From positions 3,782,001 through 3,846,000 of the forward strand of contig JANJGN010000034.1 in NCBI GenBank assembly GCA_026770705.1: a stretch of DNA of 64,000 bases. Reading direction: 5' to 3'. Position 1 is the stretch's first letter; each line of letters begins with the position of its first letter. The notes under the pieces were generated by a model, which was not told the origin of the DNA, made no database searches, and worked only from the letters and a program-made list of their open reading frames with translations. This DNA is from Isurus oxyrinchus. Its lineage: Eukaryota. The position numbers and the translations under genes are program-made. Shown here one piece after another: positions 27,300 through 38,880 of the stretch.

Positions 27300-29720
27300 A
27301 CTGGGAAAAGCAGATATACAAAAAGTGGCTTGGATGCAAAGTGCATAGAATACTTTTGGGATAGTTCTTTTTTTTTCGAACAGCACGTTCTGGAGTCAAC
27401 AGGACAGTAGAGCACACTAGTTCTGGTATGGTGCAACAAGGAAGGATTAAGAAATGGCCACATATTTACGACATCCCTGGGTAGCATAGATGATTCAATT
27501 TTACATTCGGCTTCAGAGAGAGATGAATGGAACCTATACTTTTACTTTGAACTTTGAATAGGGACAAATACGAGGGCTCTAACGCAGAGCTAGTTAAAGT
27601 GAGAAAAGCAGATTAGGCCAAGGGCTAGTTCACGAGAGATGCAGTGGCAGAATTGAATCATCAGAATGTGCAAAATAGATAGAATCCAATGAGAAATAAA
27701 ACAAAAGGTCCCTGTATATGCCAACTGGGGTCAGCTAAAATGGTTCATAGAATATTAAACATAAAGAGATAGAAACATATAATTGTGCAAGTATGCATGA
27801 CACATCGGATTATTTGGCACAGTATAATGGGACGGAAAATAATTACTAAATCTTTGATAAGGAGGGGAAATAAAGTACAGGAGAAAGCTAAATAGAAATC
27901 TAAGATCATGTATTAAAAGCGTCTTTAGATATTTATGAAATTGAACTGTAAGCAAAGTGAGCATTCGGCCGATAGGAAGTTAATTTGAGGACATATTAGT
28001 GGAGATGTTAGGTGAATTGAACAGGCATTTTGCTTTGGAATTAAAGAATATCCCAGGAATACTTGTGAATCAGGAAATGGAAGGGAAGGACACACTCAGG
28101 AAAATTAAAATCACATGGGCAACGCTGCTGTGCATATTGTTTCAGCAAGAGGTTGAAAAGCTCCTGAGCCATGAAGTACTTCATCCTACAGCCATTTAAT
28201 AAGTGGCTAGTGCGATAGTTTATGCCTCGGTATTAATTTTCCAAAGAAAAATTGCTAGATTCTGGAAGGTTCTGTTAGTTTGGGGCATAACAAGTGTAAT
28301 TTTTTTCTTCAAGGAGAAATGGAGACAGGAAAGAATAAATTACTTGGCACCTCAGCTGAAATATCTCACTGGGAAAACATGAGAGTTTTTTCAAAGATGT
28401 TACAGCAGGGAATTAGATAGGTCACAGGAAGGTCGACACATGCATCATGGTTTTATCAGAGTGAAATCATGTTTAATCAAATTAGTGGACTGCTGTGAAG
28501 AACCAAAAGAGCGTGTGTATGATTGGGGAACGGACGGTTGTACTTCGCTTTGAATCCCAGAAGTCTCTGTATAATTCACCTCATGAATGATCGTTCTAGG
28601 AACTGAAATCTCGTGATGTTACAAATAACATATCGGCATGGAGCGAATGTATACATGGTAATAGGAGTCAGAGAGTATGCATAACTGATTCATTTTCTGT
28701 TTGGCTTTATGTAAGGTGTGTGCGCTACAAGGATGAGTGATGAGGCTCTAACTTTTATTTTACAATTTATACAATGGCGTGGATGAATTGACCGAAGGCA
28801 TGTTTGCTGAATTTGCTGTTGATACAGAAACAGGTTGGAATGTTCGCTGCGAGTGGGATTTCAGGAGGCTGCAAAAGGATAAGCATAGTTGAAGGTTTTG
28901 GGCAAACATATTGTAAATGGAACATAAAGAAGTACATTTGAAATTGTCCATTTTGGCACGACGAATAATCACGAAACATGTTAGCCATTTGGTGATATGA
29001 GGCAAAGTTCGGAGATGTAGAAGGACCTGCATGTGCTAGTTCATGAATTGCAAAATCGTAGTATGCATGTACCGCAAGACATTAGCAAATCTAATAAAAT
29101 ATTACTGTTAATCACAAAATGAGTTCAGTACAGGCATAGAGAGTATAAGCGACATGGATACAGACCATTTGTGACACCAATATGGAATAAGGTCTACATT
29201 TCTGGATTCCTTCTCGAAAAATGTTGTACACGCATTGGAAGAAGTTTGGAAAAATGGGGGAGCTGTTTCATGAGAATTGTTTCGATATGCTAGCCGTGTT
29301 TGTGCGCGGGTTTAGAAGAGTGAGACACAACTTGACAAAAAATCAATAGCAGCCTGAATGGGCTTGACTGTGTAGGTGTGGATATGACGTTTGCCTTGTG
29401 GGCGAATCTACAAATAGGAATCATTGTTTAAAAGTAAGTGCTCGCCGCTTTAAGAAGAGATGAGTCGATTTGTTTTTCTCCGACCGAATATCCCAGGGCT
29501 TTGAAAATCTCTTCGTCAAATGGGCTGGAAGGAATATCTGTGAATATTTGAATGCAGAGCTCGATAGACTTCTGTTAGGCAAAAGTTTGAAAGGTTATCG
29601 GGCTAGGTGGAAAGTGTAGTTGAGTTTACGATGCAAAAAGCTCTGTTCTTATTGAATGGCGAAGCAGGGTCGAGTGCCGAGTGGGCTATTCCTGCTCGTA
29701 ACTGGCATGATTGCATGTTC
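27300..29720 (+). mobile_element. Degenerate CR1-type LINE ORF2 and 3' tail
   Basis: Decayed ORF2 motifs in order (HGF..KSCL at ~28445-28475, KFA-D at ~28800-28830) ending in a CR1-like 3' tail at ~29640-29720. Confidence 0.7.
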
Positions 29721-30567
29721 GCAAGAAATGGAGTTTGCCATTTTGCCCCACGAGCATGCTGTTACTTCAATATTAAATCTGATTGTGCTGTAAAATCCAC
29801 TTTCCTGAGCCTCTCAATTTTCCTTTCAAACGTTAACCCTCCAAACTCCCGACGCCTCCAACCATCGTTGTACTTTTCTCCCTTGCATAGGAACATTTTC
29901 CTTGTTCATTCATCAACGTATTTAGTCACCCAACCTCCACTGCTCTCTGGGAGGGAGATCTCTGAAGTTTCCAAAGCATCTGAAGTAAAGAAGGAATATA
30001 TCCTCCTATCTCTGTCTTAATTGGGAGACATGGTCTTTGTTAATTGTGTTTGCTTGGTCCAGATTAGCGGGTGAAGAAAAGATCCCCTCGCCATCTTCAA
30101 TGACAAGCATCTCAGGAGTTGCAGTTATATATTAATGATTTGGATGAAGGGACAAATTTAAACATATATAAGATACATTTATTTATATACAGGCAGATTA
30201 AGTGAGTGATGAAGTTTTGGCAGATGGAGTTTAATACAGCTTTGTGTGATGTTATTCAATTTGCTTGAAGGAAACCAAAATAATGTTGCCTCTCAGTGTA
30301 GAAAACAGTGTAGAATGTAATGATCAGACACATTCAGGTGTTCTGGTGCGTCAGAATGAAGGCACTGCATGCAAGTGGTATGCTGGCAATTAGTGCAAAG
30401 AGTTTGTATTACAATGATGAATAAGTTTTATGACAGTTCTGATGGGTTTTGATGAGTCTGCATCTGGGTTACATTTTGCAGCCTTAGTCTCCATTTTTTT
30501 TTATAGAAAGGATATATTTGCATTGGTGGATACATGAAAGGATCATCCATTCATCCAACTCTTTCAC

Positions 30568-30573
<6 letters not shown>

Positions 30574-30602
<29 letters not shown>
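30574..30602. repeat. (TA)n microsatellite
   Basis: TA run ~35 bp into the intron after the 27-nt exon donor. Confidence 0.95.
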
Positions 30603-30606
<4 letters not shown>

Positions 30607-30619
30607 ACCAATCATGCAC

Positions 30620-33150
30620 CTGCGTAATATACTTACCAATTTCCTTGTCTTTTAACTTGTTGTCTTGGAATATAAAGTTGCTACACATTGGTACGCATGC
30701 ATAGATTTATTTACACTCTATCGAATGTAGCCGAACACATATACTATGTTGTTAATTAAAACGATAAAGCTGTCATTGTAAAGACCACAATTTCGAATGA
30801 CTGCAAGATGACTCGAAAAGCTTTGCAAATTGTTCGTTTTGATAACATCTCTACGAAGTGAAATGAAATATTTTGGTACAGAAAAAGGAGTTATAAAAAC
30901 ATATACTTTCTTCTTAATTTCAAGTACAGCCAGCGGCTGTTATTCATAGTGCCACGACCGCTACCCCCTCCCTGCCCCAACCACCCCCACGCAGGGCATT
31001 GGCGGTTATGAGTCTGCATTCAATTGAATTCATTTCTGCGGGCGCCTTTCGGGAGATGACTCAAAACATCTACCGAATATTTTAATAAAAAACACCCTCC
31101 TCGTTGAATTTCCCCCACACCTGACAGCTATCATATGCTCCATGTATCTGATTGGATTGCCTTATTCCTTCTGGATTAGCAAGTTGTGATTTGCTTCCCA
31201 CTCTGTACGCTATGTCATGACAGCTAGGCACATATTAAGCATGCAGAAATTGTTTTGCACAACAATCTGGGAAATGATGCGACTCCGCTGAGAATATAAG
31301 CTGAGGCAGGGTCTACCCTTTCATGACGCTGTTAAATGATAAACAGCACTATTAAAGTAACAGTTGCACGGTTCATCCTGTTGACACGTCCTTCGTGCAT
31401 TACTGGAAGAAAATAGGATAGTCACAATGCTGTCAATTTGATGCATCTGCAAAAATCCATTCCTATGCCTGACGTGTTCCCTAATTTTATGAATGTGCCG
31501 AAAGTTTAGAAGTCTTTTTTCTTTCCATGTGTAAGCCTTTTGGAACTTCCCAGGGCAGTGAGCAGGCCAAGTGAAAGGATAAATTTTGCTTAATGTGTCA
31601 GGAGCAGGAACTTGTGATTTACTGGCTTGATAGTAAATAAAGATTGAATTAATTTTATCACCTTTAAGGGTTTGCTGGTGTGCACATGTGGTTCTGTTTC
31701 ACGTAATTTTCATCTCAACGTATTCGATCTCATCCTTCACTATTTTGTTCACGTCCTACCGCCCCCACATGTCTCTCTCGTTTCTGTTAACTAAAAACAT
31801 ACAAATTGAACTGAAACCGGAGGCAAAATGTAGAAAACAAAGTAATGACAGAGAGATTTGCAAGAACGGTTAAAGAATAGCAATTTTGGTTGGCCTCCAT
31901 TACTTTTTCCAAGGAGGTCCCTCGAGATTGAGAATTACTTGTTTTGATAGCGAATCATTGGGTTCCGGGACGGCTTATTAACAATTGGTGTGTGAACGCT
32001 CAGACAAATGAATTGCTGTTTTTGATTGTGCACTCTCTCCATTGCTCCACTTCCCCGCTAAACATTTCCAACACAGTCGCTTGATGTGTCTGGTGCCTTG
32101 CCATATAATTTGTTCCAATTCTTGATGGTCATAGGATGCACCGACAACTTGGAGTCTAATATGATGGTGAGATGAGTTCAAAATCCAGAGTCAGTCAGCA
32201 AGGCTTGTCTGCAACAGGCTGATTGACCGAGCTGACGAAGACAGGAAACATGTATCAGCGAAATTGGGCATGGTCTATCGGCTGATGCAACCACGTAGAA
32301 GGAAAAGTGGAGAATCTAGTTGACTTCGCTTCCTTTAATATGCAAGTCAAAAATGGCCCTATCCTTTATCATGCAGACATGGCACATTATCGCTCAGCAC
32401 TTTTGGAAAGCAGATCACGACATCCTTCTGCAAACACACTCCATGTATTTTTTTTGCACTCTGAAGCATCAACACGATCTTAAATCAAATAGATTCAGAA
32501 CGGCCCTCGCAGCCAGTGCGGGTCATCCAGGAATAGTTGCGAATTATGAGCTGCCGCAGAAATAAATTAAACAAAATCTGTAATATTATGGTTCCGAATA
32601 TGATTCGTTTATGGTTATGTCTAAAGCAGAGAATCAAATCTGGCTGAATGGGTTGACCAGTAGAGCCTGCGATGAAACATCTCCAGGCATTGCTAGAAGC
32701 AAGTCCCCAAACTGGTGCATATAGATTAAAGCACCAAGTGAATAATTAACAGGGAAGCAGCTTTGCTTGGCAGAACGTAAAGATCTCACAAAGCACACGG
32801 TGAGTTAAAACGCTGTGGTCCTCGGAAATTCCAGCCTAGAAAAGTGCTGAATGATGAAACGATTTCCTTGAAGTGGATGTTTTGTAATCACTTTAACACT
32901 CAATAATGGAATTGCACAATGCGACTGTGTGAAGAATATAGCTGAATCAATTGGAAATTTCATCAGCCAGCTGGCCTGTTTGGGAGCACCATCAATTTGA
33001 CCTCCACCCGAGGTGCCTAAGGAGTACAATTCCCTTCTCAGCGTGATAAAAACAGCTGAATGCATTGAATAAAACCAATAAGGCAACTGCAACATTGAAA
33101 ACATATGCTGCTAACTAGCTGTGTACCTAGGAAAGTTGCTGCACTACTGC
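30620..33150. repeat. Degenerate tandem segmental duplication, copy C (partial)
   Basis: Matches 20210-20410, 9175-11460 and 21110-21960 (e.g. gaagtgaaatga..cagaaaaggagt at ~9200 and ~30855). Confidence 0.85.
30637..30663 (-). CDS. 27-nt phase 1-1 microexon, (N)NKLKDKEI
   Basis: gcaactttatattccaag|ACAACAAGTTAAAAGACAAGGAAATTG|gtaagt; weaker AAG acceptor, consensus donor. Confidence 0.75.
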
Positions 33151-33724
33151 AACAACAGTAAGAATACTCTGTAAACGCTCACAATATCACTGATAAGTTG
33201 AGTGCACATAAAGCAGCAAAAAAAAAATCACCCCGTTCAACTATTTCTGCCGAAACAATCTCTGAATCATAGCAATTTGATAGATGGCCTCATTGCTGAA
33301 GTTATCAGGTAACACTTCCTGAGTAATGATATTTTGGGATCGAGCAGGTCCATTCCTGTGAGATGTCATTTGAGACTTTGCACAAATATAAACGCAGTAG
33401 CTTAATTCAAGTGTTGCAATTATTCTAATTGCATTTGTAATGAAGGCAGCGTAAAAGAGACCATAAAAAAGGATGCAACTTGAGTTCGGTCTTGGCTGAT
33501 ATTCCATTGGCTAGGAGTCTGAACAAGTGAAATGTAAGATGTACTCGCTTAATGGTCTACGCAGCATCATAAGGCCAATCCTGAAGTTTTCACAATGGAC
33601 ATTACCACATACAGCTGCAAAGGTGCTGATACCGGCTATAGGCACATAGAAAAATATCTGGTGAACATTCAGGCTTGAAACGGTAAGGTGATTGTGACAT
33701 TCAAGCCAGATATGTACCAGTTGC

Positions 33725-34812
33725 TTTTCCTCACTTCTCAACCCACCAGCCTCCGCATTCAATGGATAATCCTCGGCCATTCTGCGATCTACAGCATGAT
33801 GACACCACCAAACACATTTCCCTTGCCCACACCCACACCTCCCACCCCCGTGCGGCATTTTGTAGGGATCAATACCTCCGAGACACCCTGGTCTACTCCT
33901 CGAAAACCCCAACTCCTCAATCCCAAACTACAGCACCTCCCCATGCCCAGTCAAAAGATGTGCACCTGCCCCTTCGCCTCCTCTGTCCTCACCGTCCAAG
34001 GGCCCAAACACTCCTTTCAAGTGAAGGAGCATTTTACTTGCATTTACCCAACTTATTCTACTGCATTCGTTGCTGCCAATGTGGTCTCCTCTACTTTGGG
34101 AGAGACCAAATGTAAACTGGGCAACCGCTTTGCAGAACACCTGCGGTCTGTCCGCAACAAGGACCAAAACCTCCCAGTTACTTGCCATTTTAACCCTCCA
34201 CTCTGCTCTCTTGCCCACAAGTCTGTCCTTGGCTTGCTGCATTGTTCCAGTGAAGCCCAACGCAAACTGGAGGAACAGCACTTCATCTTCTGACTAGGCA
34301 CTTTACAGCATTCTGGACTGATTATTGAAATCAACAACTTCAGATCTTGAACTCCGTCCTCCATCCCCACTCCCTTTTCGTTTCTTCCCCCTTCCTTTTG
34401 TTTTTTTTTCAATTATTTATATAGATTTTTTCCCCTCCTATTTCCATTATTTTTAAATGTTGTATGCCCTGCTTGTCTTTCCACCCCACTCCCACTAGAG
34501 CTGTACCTTGAGTGCCCTGGCCTCCTACTTATTTAGCACATTTGTTTAGATAATATTACAACCTTCAGCACCTCGTTGTTACTTTGACTGTGACATACTT
34601 TGATTATCTGCTCCTATCACTGCTTGCTTGTCCCTATAACCACACCACCCACTCCCCTCACTGAACCCTGCACACACACCTCAAACCAATTTATATTTCA
34701 CCCCTCCCCTAATATTCACTCAGTTCTGTTGAAGGGACTCAAAACGTCAACTCTTTTTTTCTCCGCCGATGCTGCCAGACCTGCTGTGTTTTTCCAGGTA
34801 ATTATGTTTTTG
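33725..34812 (+). mobile_element. 5'-truncated Penelope-like retroelement (GIY-YIG endonuclease C-terminus and 3' terminus)
   Basis: Frames join as NLFYCIRCCQCGLLYF/GETKCKLGNRFAEHLRSV..LPVTCHFN..RKLEEQHFIF*LGTLQ, a Penelope GIY-YIG signature with frameshift and stop; ends in the hammerhead-like terminus. Confidence 0.92.
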
Positions 34813-35459
34813 TATCGAGATACATCATCGCTCACGATGAAACTGAATGGCAATGCCGGCTTAAAGGTCCAACTGATCCAATGTTTCTCCTTCTTCTCTT
34901 TTTCAATGCCCAGCGCTGTCTTAAGAAGGGACTTTGAGCAATCTGGGCCTGCATGCACTGAAGTTCAGAATATTGGGAGGTGACATTACTGAAGCAATGA
35001 GATTTTGAGATGGCTTGACAATTTGGATGTTCTCAGGACGTTTCGTTTCCACTTGTGGGGTAATCTAGAGCTGGGGAACAGTTTCAAAGTAAACGCCCTG
35101 CTAATAAATTTGGAGTAGAGGAAACATTGCACCCTCAGATCGCTGTTAATTTCTCGATTTCAATGAAGCAGAAAAGAGTGAAGGTTGGTCATTGAAGATA
35201 TCCAAGGCTGACTTAGAAAACTTATTGATTGCCAACAGAAATAACAGTTATGAGGGTCAGGAAGGAAACTGAAATTAAGGATAAAATCATGGCAGTCAGG
35301 GATGGATTAAGTGATGAAGCAGGTTCAAAGCTCAAATAGTTTAGTTCCAATTTCCAATTTCATTTTTGTATTTTATTCATATCTGTTCAATGGAACATTG
35401 TAAAAGTGAACAGAAAGATTAACACTCCGCTGACCAGGCCTATTCCTGGTAATTCTTAC

Positions 35460-35495
35460 TGCTATCTTGCAACGTCTTCTTTAGGCGTTCAATAT
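35460..35495 (-). CDS. 36-nt phase 1-1 microexon, (D)IERLKKTLQDS
   Basis: ttttatttatattttcag|ATATTGAACGCCTAAAGAAGACGTTGCAAGATAGCA|gtaaga; open, strong splice sites. Confidence 0.78.
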
Positions 35496-35769
35496 CTGAA
35501 AATATAAATAAAATCGAATTGTTTCAGAAATGCTTTGTCCAATGCTGATCATTGCTCATTTATTTCATCTACCTCCTGGGTCACTACTTGTTAAAATAAG
35601 AATGAATTTCTGCATTTGTTTATTTATTATTTTCTCACGATCCTTTGTTTATTGATTTACCAGATTCATCACCTTGCCATTTAGTAATGATTAGAAACGC
35701 CATTTTCTGTCATGCAATGCCCCTATCCGATGATGCAAATGCATTGCCGTGTCGAATTTCAGGTGAAAA

Positions 35770-36120
35770 TATCAAGGTGAGATAACATCTCGAAGTACAC
35801 TCGGAGCATTGAAGGACATATCCGAGAACACTGAACATTTTCGAGCCTGACGTTGCAAAAGGGCCCAAATAGCTAAAGATGGCAAAGTTCCTTCAGAGAA
35901 GGATACAATTCACTTACGTTTTCGTAAAGTAATTAAATTGTTTCATGGACAGTATGTATGATACTAACTATTTGTTTTTAAAAATCCACATGCCTATCAT
36001 TAATTTTATATAAAAGCCCGGGCTGTAATCATAGTCTTTGAGCTCTTGCCTAGAACACGAATCCGGCTATTTGCATTAACATTTAAGCAACAATATCACG
36101 ATGCTTAGCATAATAAATGA
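35770..36120 (-). mobile_element. Degenerate Deu-type SINE
   Basis: Reverse-complement similarity to the SINE at 41626-41960 (aaagatggcaaagttccttc..tttcatgg..atactaac). Confidence 0.45.
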
Positions 36121-36219
36121 TCAAGGGAGTTAGGGACATTGGGACCAACAACGGGATGGAAATTGTTTTTTTTGGAACATTTATGTTATGCCCCGCACAA
36201 TTATTGAAATCATTAAGAT

Positions 36220-36552
36220 AAAAGTAAAAAAACTGCGGATGCTAGAAATCCTAAACATACACAGAAATAACTGGACAAACTCAGCATATCTGGCAGCATC
36301 TGCAAAGAGGGACACAGTTAACGTTTCGATTCCGAATAACCCTTCAACAGAACTAAGTAAAAGTAGAAGACCTCTCTCTCACCCTCTATACAGCTCCGCA
36401 TGTCCCACCCTCCCCTTAAACCAACTTTTATTTCGACTCTCCTCCATTTTAATTGCTTCTGTTGAAGTGTCATTCGGACTCGAAAAGTTAACCGTGTCCG
36501 ACTCTGGAGATGCTGACAGACCTGCTGAGTTTTTCGAGGTATTTTGTTTGTT
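36220..36552. mobile_element. Penelope-derived element with two oppositely oriented termini
   Basis: Minus terminus ~36220-36360 and plus terminus ~36400-36552 (ttctgttgaag..gactcgaaa..gacctgctgagttttt). Confidence 0.75.
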
Positions 36553-36910
36553 GTCGTAGATGAAATCAGCGCCTCGCATCAATATTTGTTAATTATTTTC
36601 GCGGGATGTAACTCAAATGACTTTGTCATGATAAGTTTAAAATTATGAAATATCTTGATGTTGAGGTTTTGTTTTGCGAGTACTAGAGGATTTGAACAAT
36701 TTGAAGTGCGCAATAGTTCAAAAGTATGAGTTTCATACAGTCAAAAAACAAGTGCATAGAAGGGTGGTACGTTTTAATAGGAAATGCATTAAAACAAATA
36801 GTGAGTGTTAATTCAGGCTCCAGCGCAGTCGACTCAAATTGTAATGCTGTGTTCTGATACAGCGGTAATAATGAGCATCTCTTGAAATGCATCTAGAAGC
36901 GGGCACTTAG

Positions 36911-36940
36911 CTGTATTGAATTCATTTAAGTTCAGGATTT
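36911..36940 (-). pseudogene. Possible decayed ~30-nt microexon, (E)ILNLNEFNT
   Basis: ctacttttta|AAATCCTGAACTTAAATGAATTCAATACAG|ctaagt; both splice sites are one change from consensus. Confidence 0.25.
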
Positions 36941-37579
36941 TAAAAAGTAGTGGAGCATGTCGCAGTACTGATCAAATATGTTTACTGTATAGAGGGTGAG
37001 AGAGAGGTCTTCTACTTTTACTTAGTTCTGTTGAAGGGTTATTCGGAATCGAAACGTTAACTGTGTCCCTCTTTGCAGATGCTGCCAGATATGCTGAGTT
37101 TGTCCAGTTATTTCTGTGTATGTTTAGGATTTCTAGCATCCGCAGTTTTTTTACTTTTATCTTAATGATTTCAATAATTGTGCGGGGCATAACATAAATG
37201 TTCCAAAAATATACATTTCATATATACACCACATTTAATTAGAAGGAGGAAAGAATTACAACTGCCGTGCTTTCTGAAGTTTCAAACTGCCAACAAATGT
37301 CTGTAAGCAGATGGAGAAGTGCACACGACGCGTTATTTCGGAATGCATAACGGATTACTGTGGAGCAACAGTGGAATATTTAAATTTTCATCAACTACCC
37401 TGGGGAGTTATATTCGGAGCGTATCAATTCCGGGTCCCTGCCATTCCGCTTTGTCATTTAATGAATAAACTTGCTTCAAGTGACAGCATAAATATAAATT
37501 AACTGGCGCTGTAACAGATTTGGGATTAATTTGTCCATTATTGATGTTCTAATTGTCAAAGCATCTATCATACACAATC

Positions 37580-37720
37580 CTGCTAAGAGATTTTCATCGG
37601 CATTTTGCTTTTCCACAATATGTGCACTGAAATGACGCTTCTTTTCTGCGTCTGTACAATTTAGAATCTGGTCAATGAACTAGCCCTTCATTTTGCTTGC
37701 CAGCACGCAGTGCTGTACGT
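37580..37720 (-). pseudogene. Possible 141-nt phase 1-1 exon of the coiled-coil gene, disabled
   Basis: cttcaatttcag|(D)VQHCVLASKMKG*FIDQILNCTDAEKKRHFSAHIVEKQNADENLLA|gattgt; one stop, non-consensus donor. Confidence 0.35.
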
Positions 37721-38096
37721 CTGAAATTGAAGCTTAAGGAATCGTTTTCTACTCAGTTATTTTTTTTTTGCCTTTCAGAAATTATATATCTGCAAAGCTG
37801 TCTCTCTCTCTCTTTCTCTCTTTCCGAGAATGAGACAAAAAATGGCCTTGTCCATAGGAGGCAGTTTAGCACCATGCAGACAATTAAATGCCACAGCGGA
37901 TCCAGGGATTCTTGACTTGAATTTGGCCCAATTTTATGTTGACTGCTAAAGTCCAGGCTAAAGTACTCCATGGAATAAATTTCTGGTTCCCTTCACAATT
38001 TATTGCAGTGTGACTATGCCTGAAAGACATTGAACTGATGACATTTTTGTCTAACCTTCTTCCAGGAAGTTTACACTTCATCACAATCAAACTGAG

Positions 38097-38880
38097 TGTA
38101 ATGAGGAAATGTGAATGCATATTGTGTTATTGGAAACTATTTTAAAATAAACTTGTAGTAGGGTCTGTGTCTGTGTATATGCGTGCCTGTGTCTTAATTG
38201 GATGAAAGACAGTCAATTCGGGTGTTTTGATGTATAGTAGCTTTGAGGTGTTAAACAGTAAGCTAGAGTGTTTTTGTGCATTTTGTTGAATAAACAACTC
38301 AAAGACTGAGAGTGAAATTTCGCGCCTAGCTAGGAGGCGCCAAGTAATAATCTTATATTACACATGACATTGACACTATTGAACTAGTTTTATTGTTAGA
38401 AGAGCTGCAGTTCAGAGGACCTAGTAATACAATGAAAATTTGCATACAATGGGAAGGATAACTATATTCAGACGAGTTTTGTGTGTGGAAATCAGATACA
38501 CGTGAGATCAAACATGCCTGTAAGCCTACCACTGTCTGCGAAGGAAACACATGGAAAGGAGACTTGCCTCGCAAGATAAAATTTGCTGTCCCTGGTGTCT
38601 GTTTAAATTATATAGATAACCAATACCTGATTTCCTGGTAGTGATACATTGGGATTTGCTTAAAAAGTTATCATGGTAGTAATTTGTAGACGTGCATGTT
38701 TTTAACTTATTATAAAATAAATGCATTTTAAATTTTATTTATGGCAAAAAACCTTCTGGAGGCTTGTTGGTTTCATATCCGAATTCAGACATACCGGTTG
38801 AAAATATAGCTTATGAAAGTTGTTTAACGTTTCCCTCTGTGATTTTATCTAACTCAGTCTTTATCAACTGCTGTGTTACA
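38097..38880. mobile_element. Candidate solo LTR
   Basis: Begins TGTAA and ends TTACA, 784 bp, internal AATAAA near 38716, no coding signal; no TSD visible. Confidence 0.4.

Larger units (their letters stand above)
20200..28160. repeat. Degenerate tandem segmental duplication, copy B
   Basis: 20210-20410 matches 30625-30830; 21110-28160 matches 10690-18610. Confidence 0.85.
36169..37209. repeat. 225-bp inverted duplication (arms 36169-36393 and 36985-37209)
   Basis: Arms read as exact reverse complements; ORFs 36188 (+) and 37190 (-) have identical first ~69 aa. Confidence 0.95.

Noticed and set aside
36188-37190. Two ORFs with identical N-termini as duplicated genes
   Set aside because: By-product of the 225-bp inverted repeat over a Penelope terminus.
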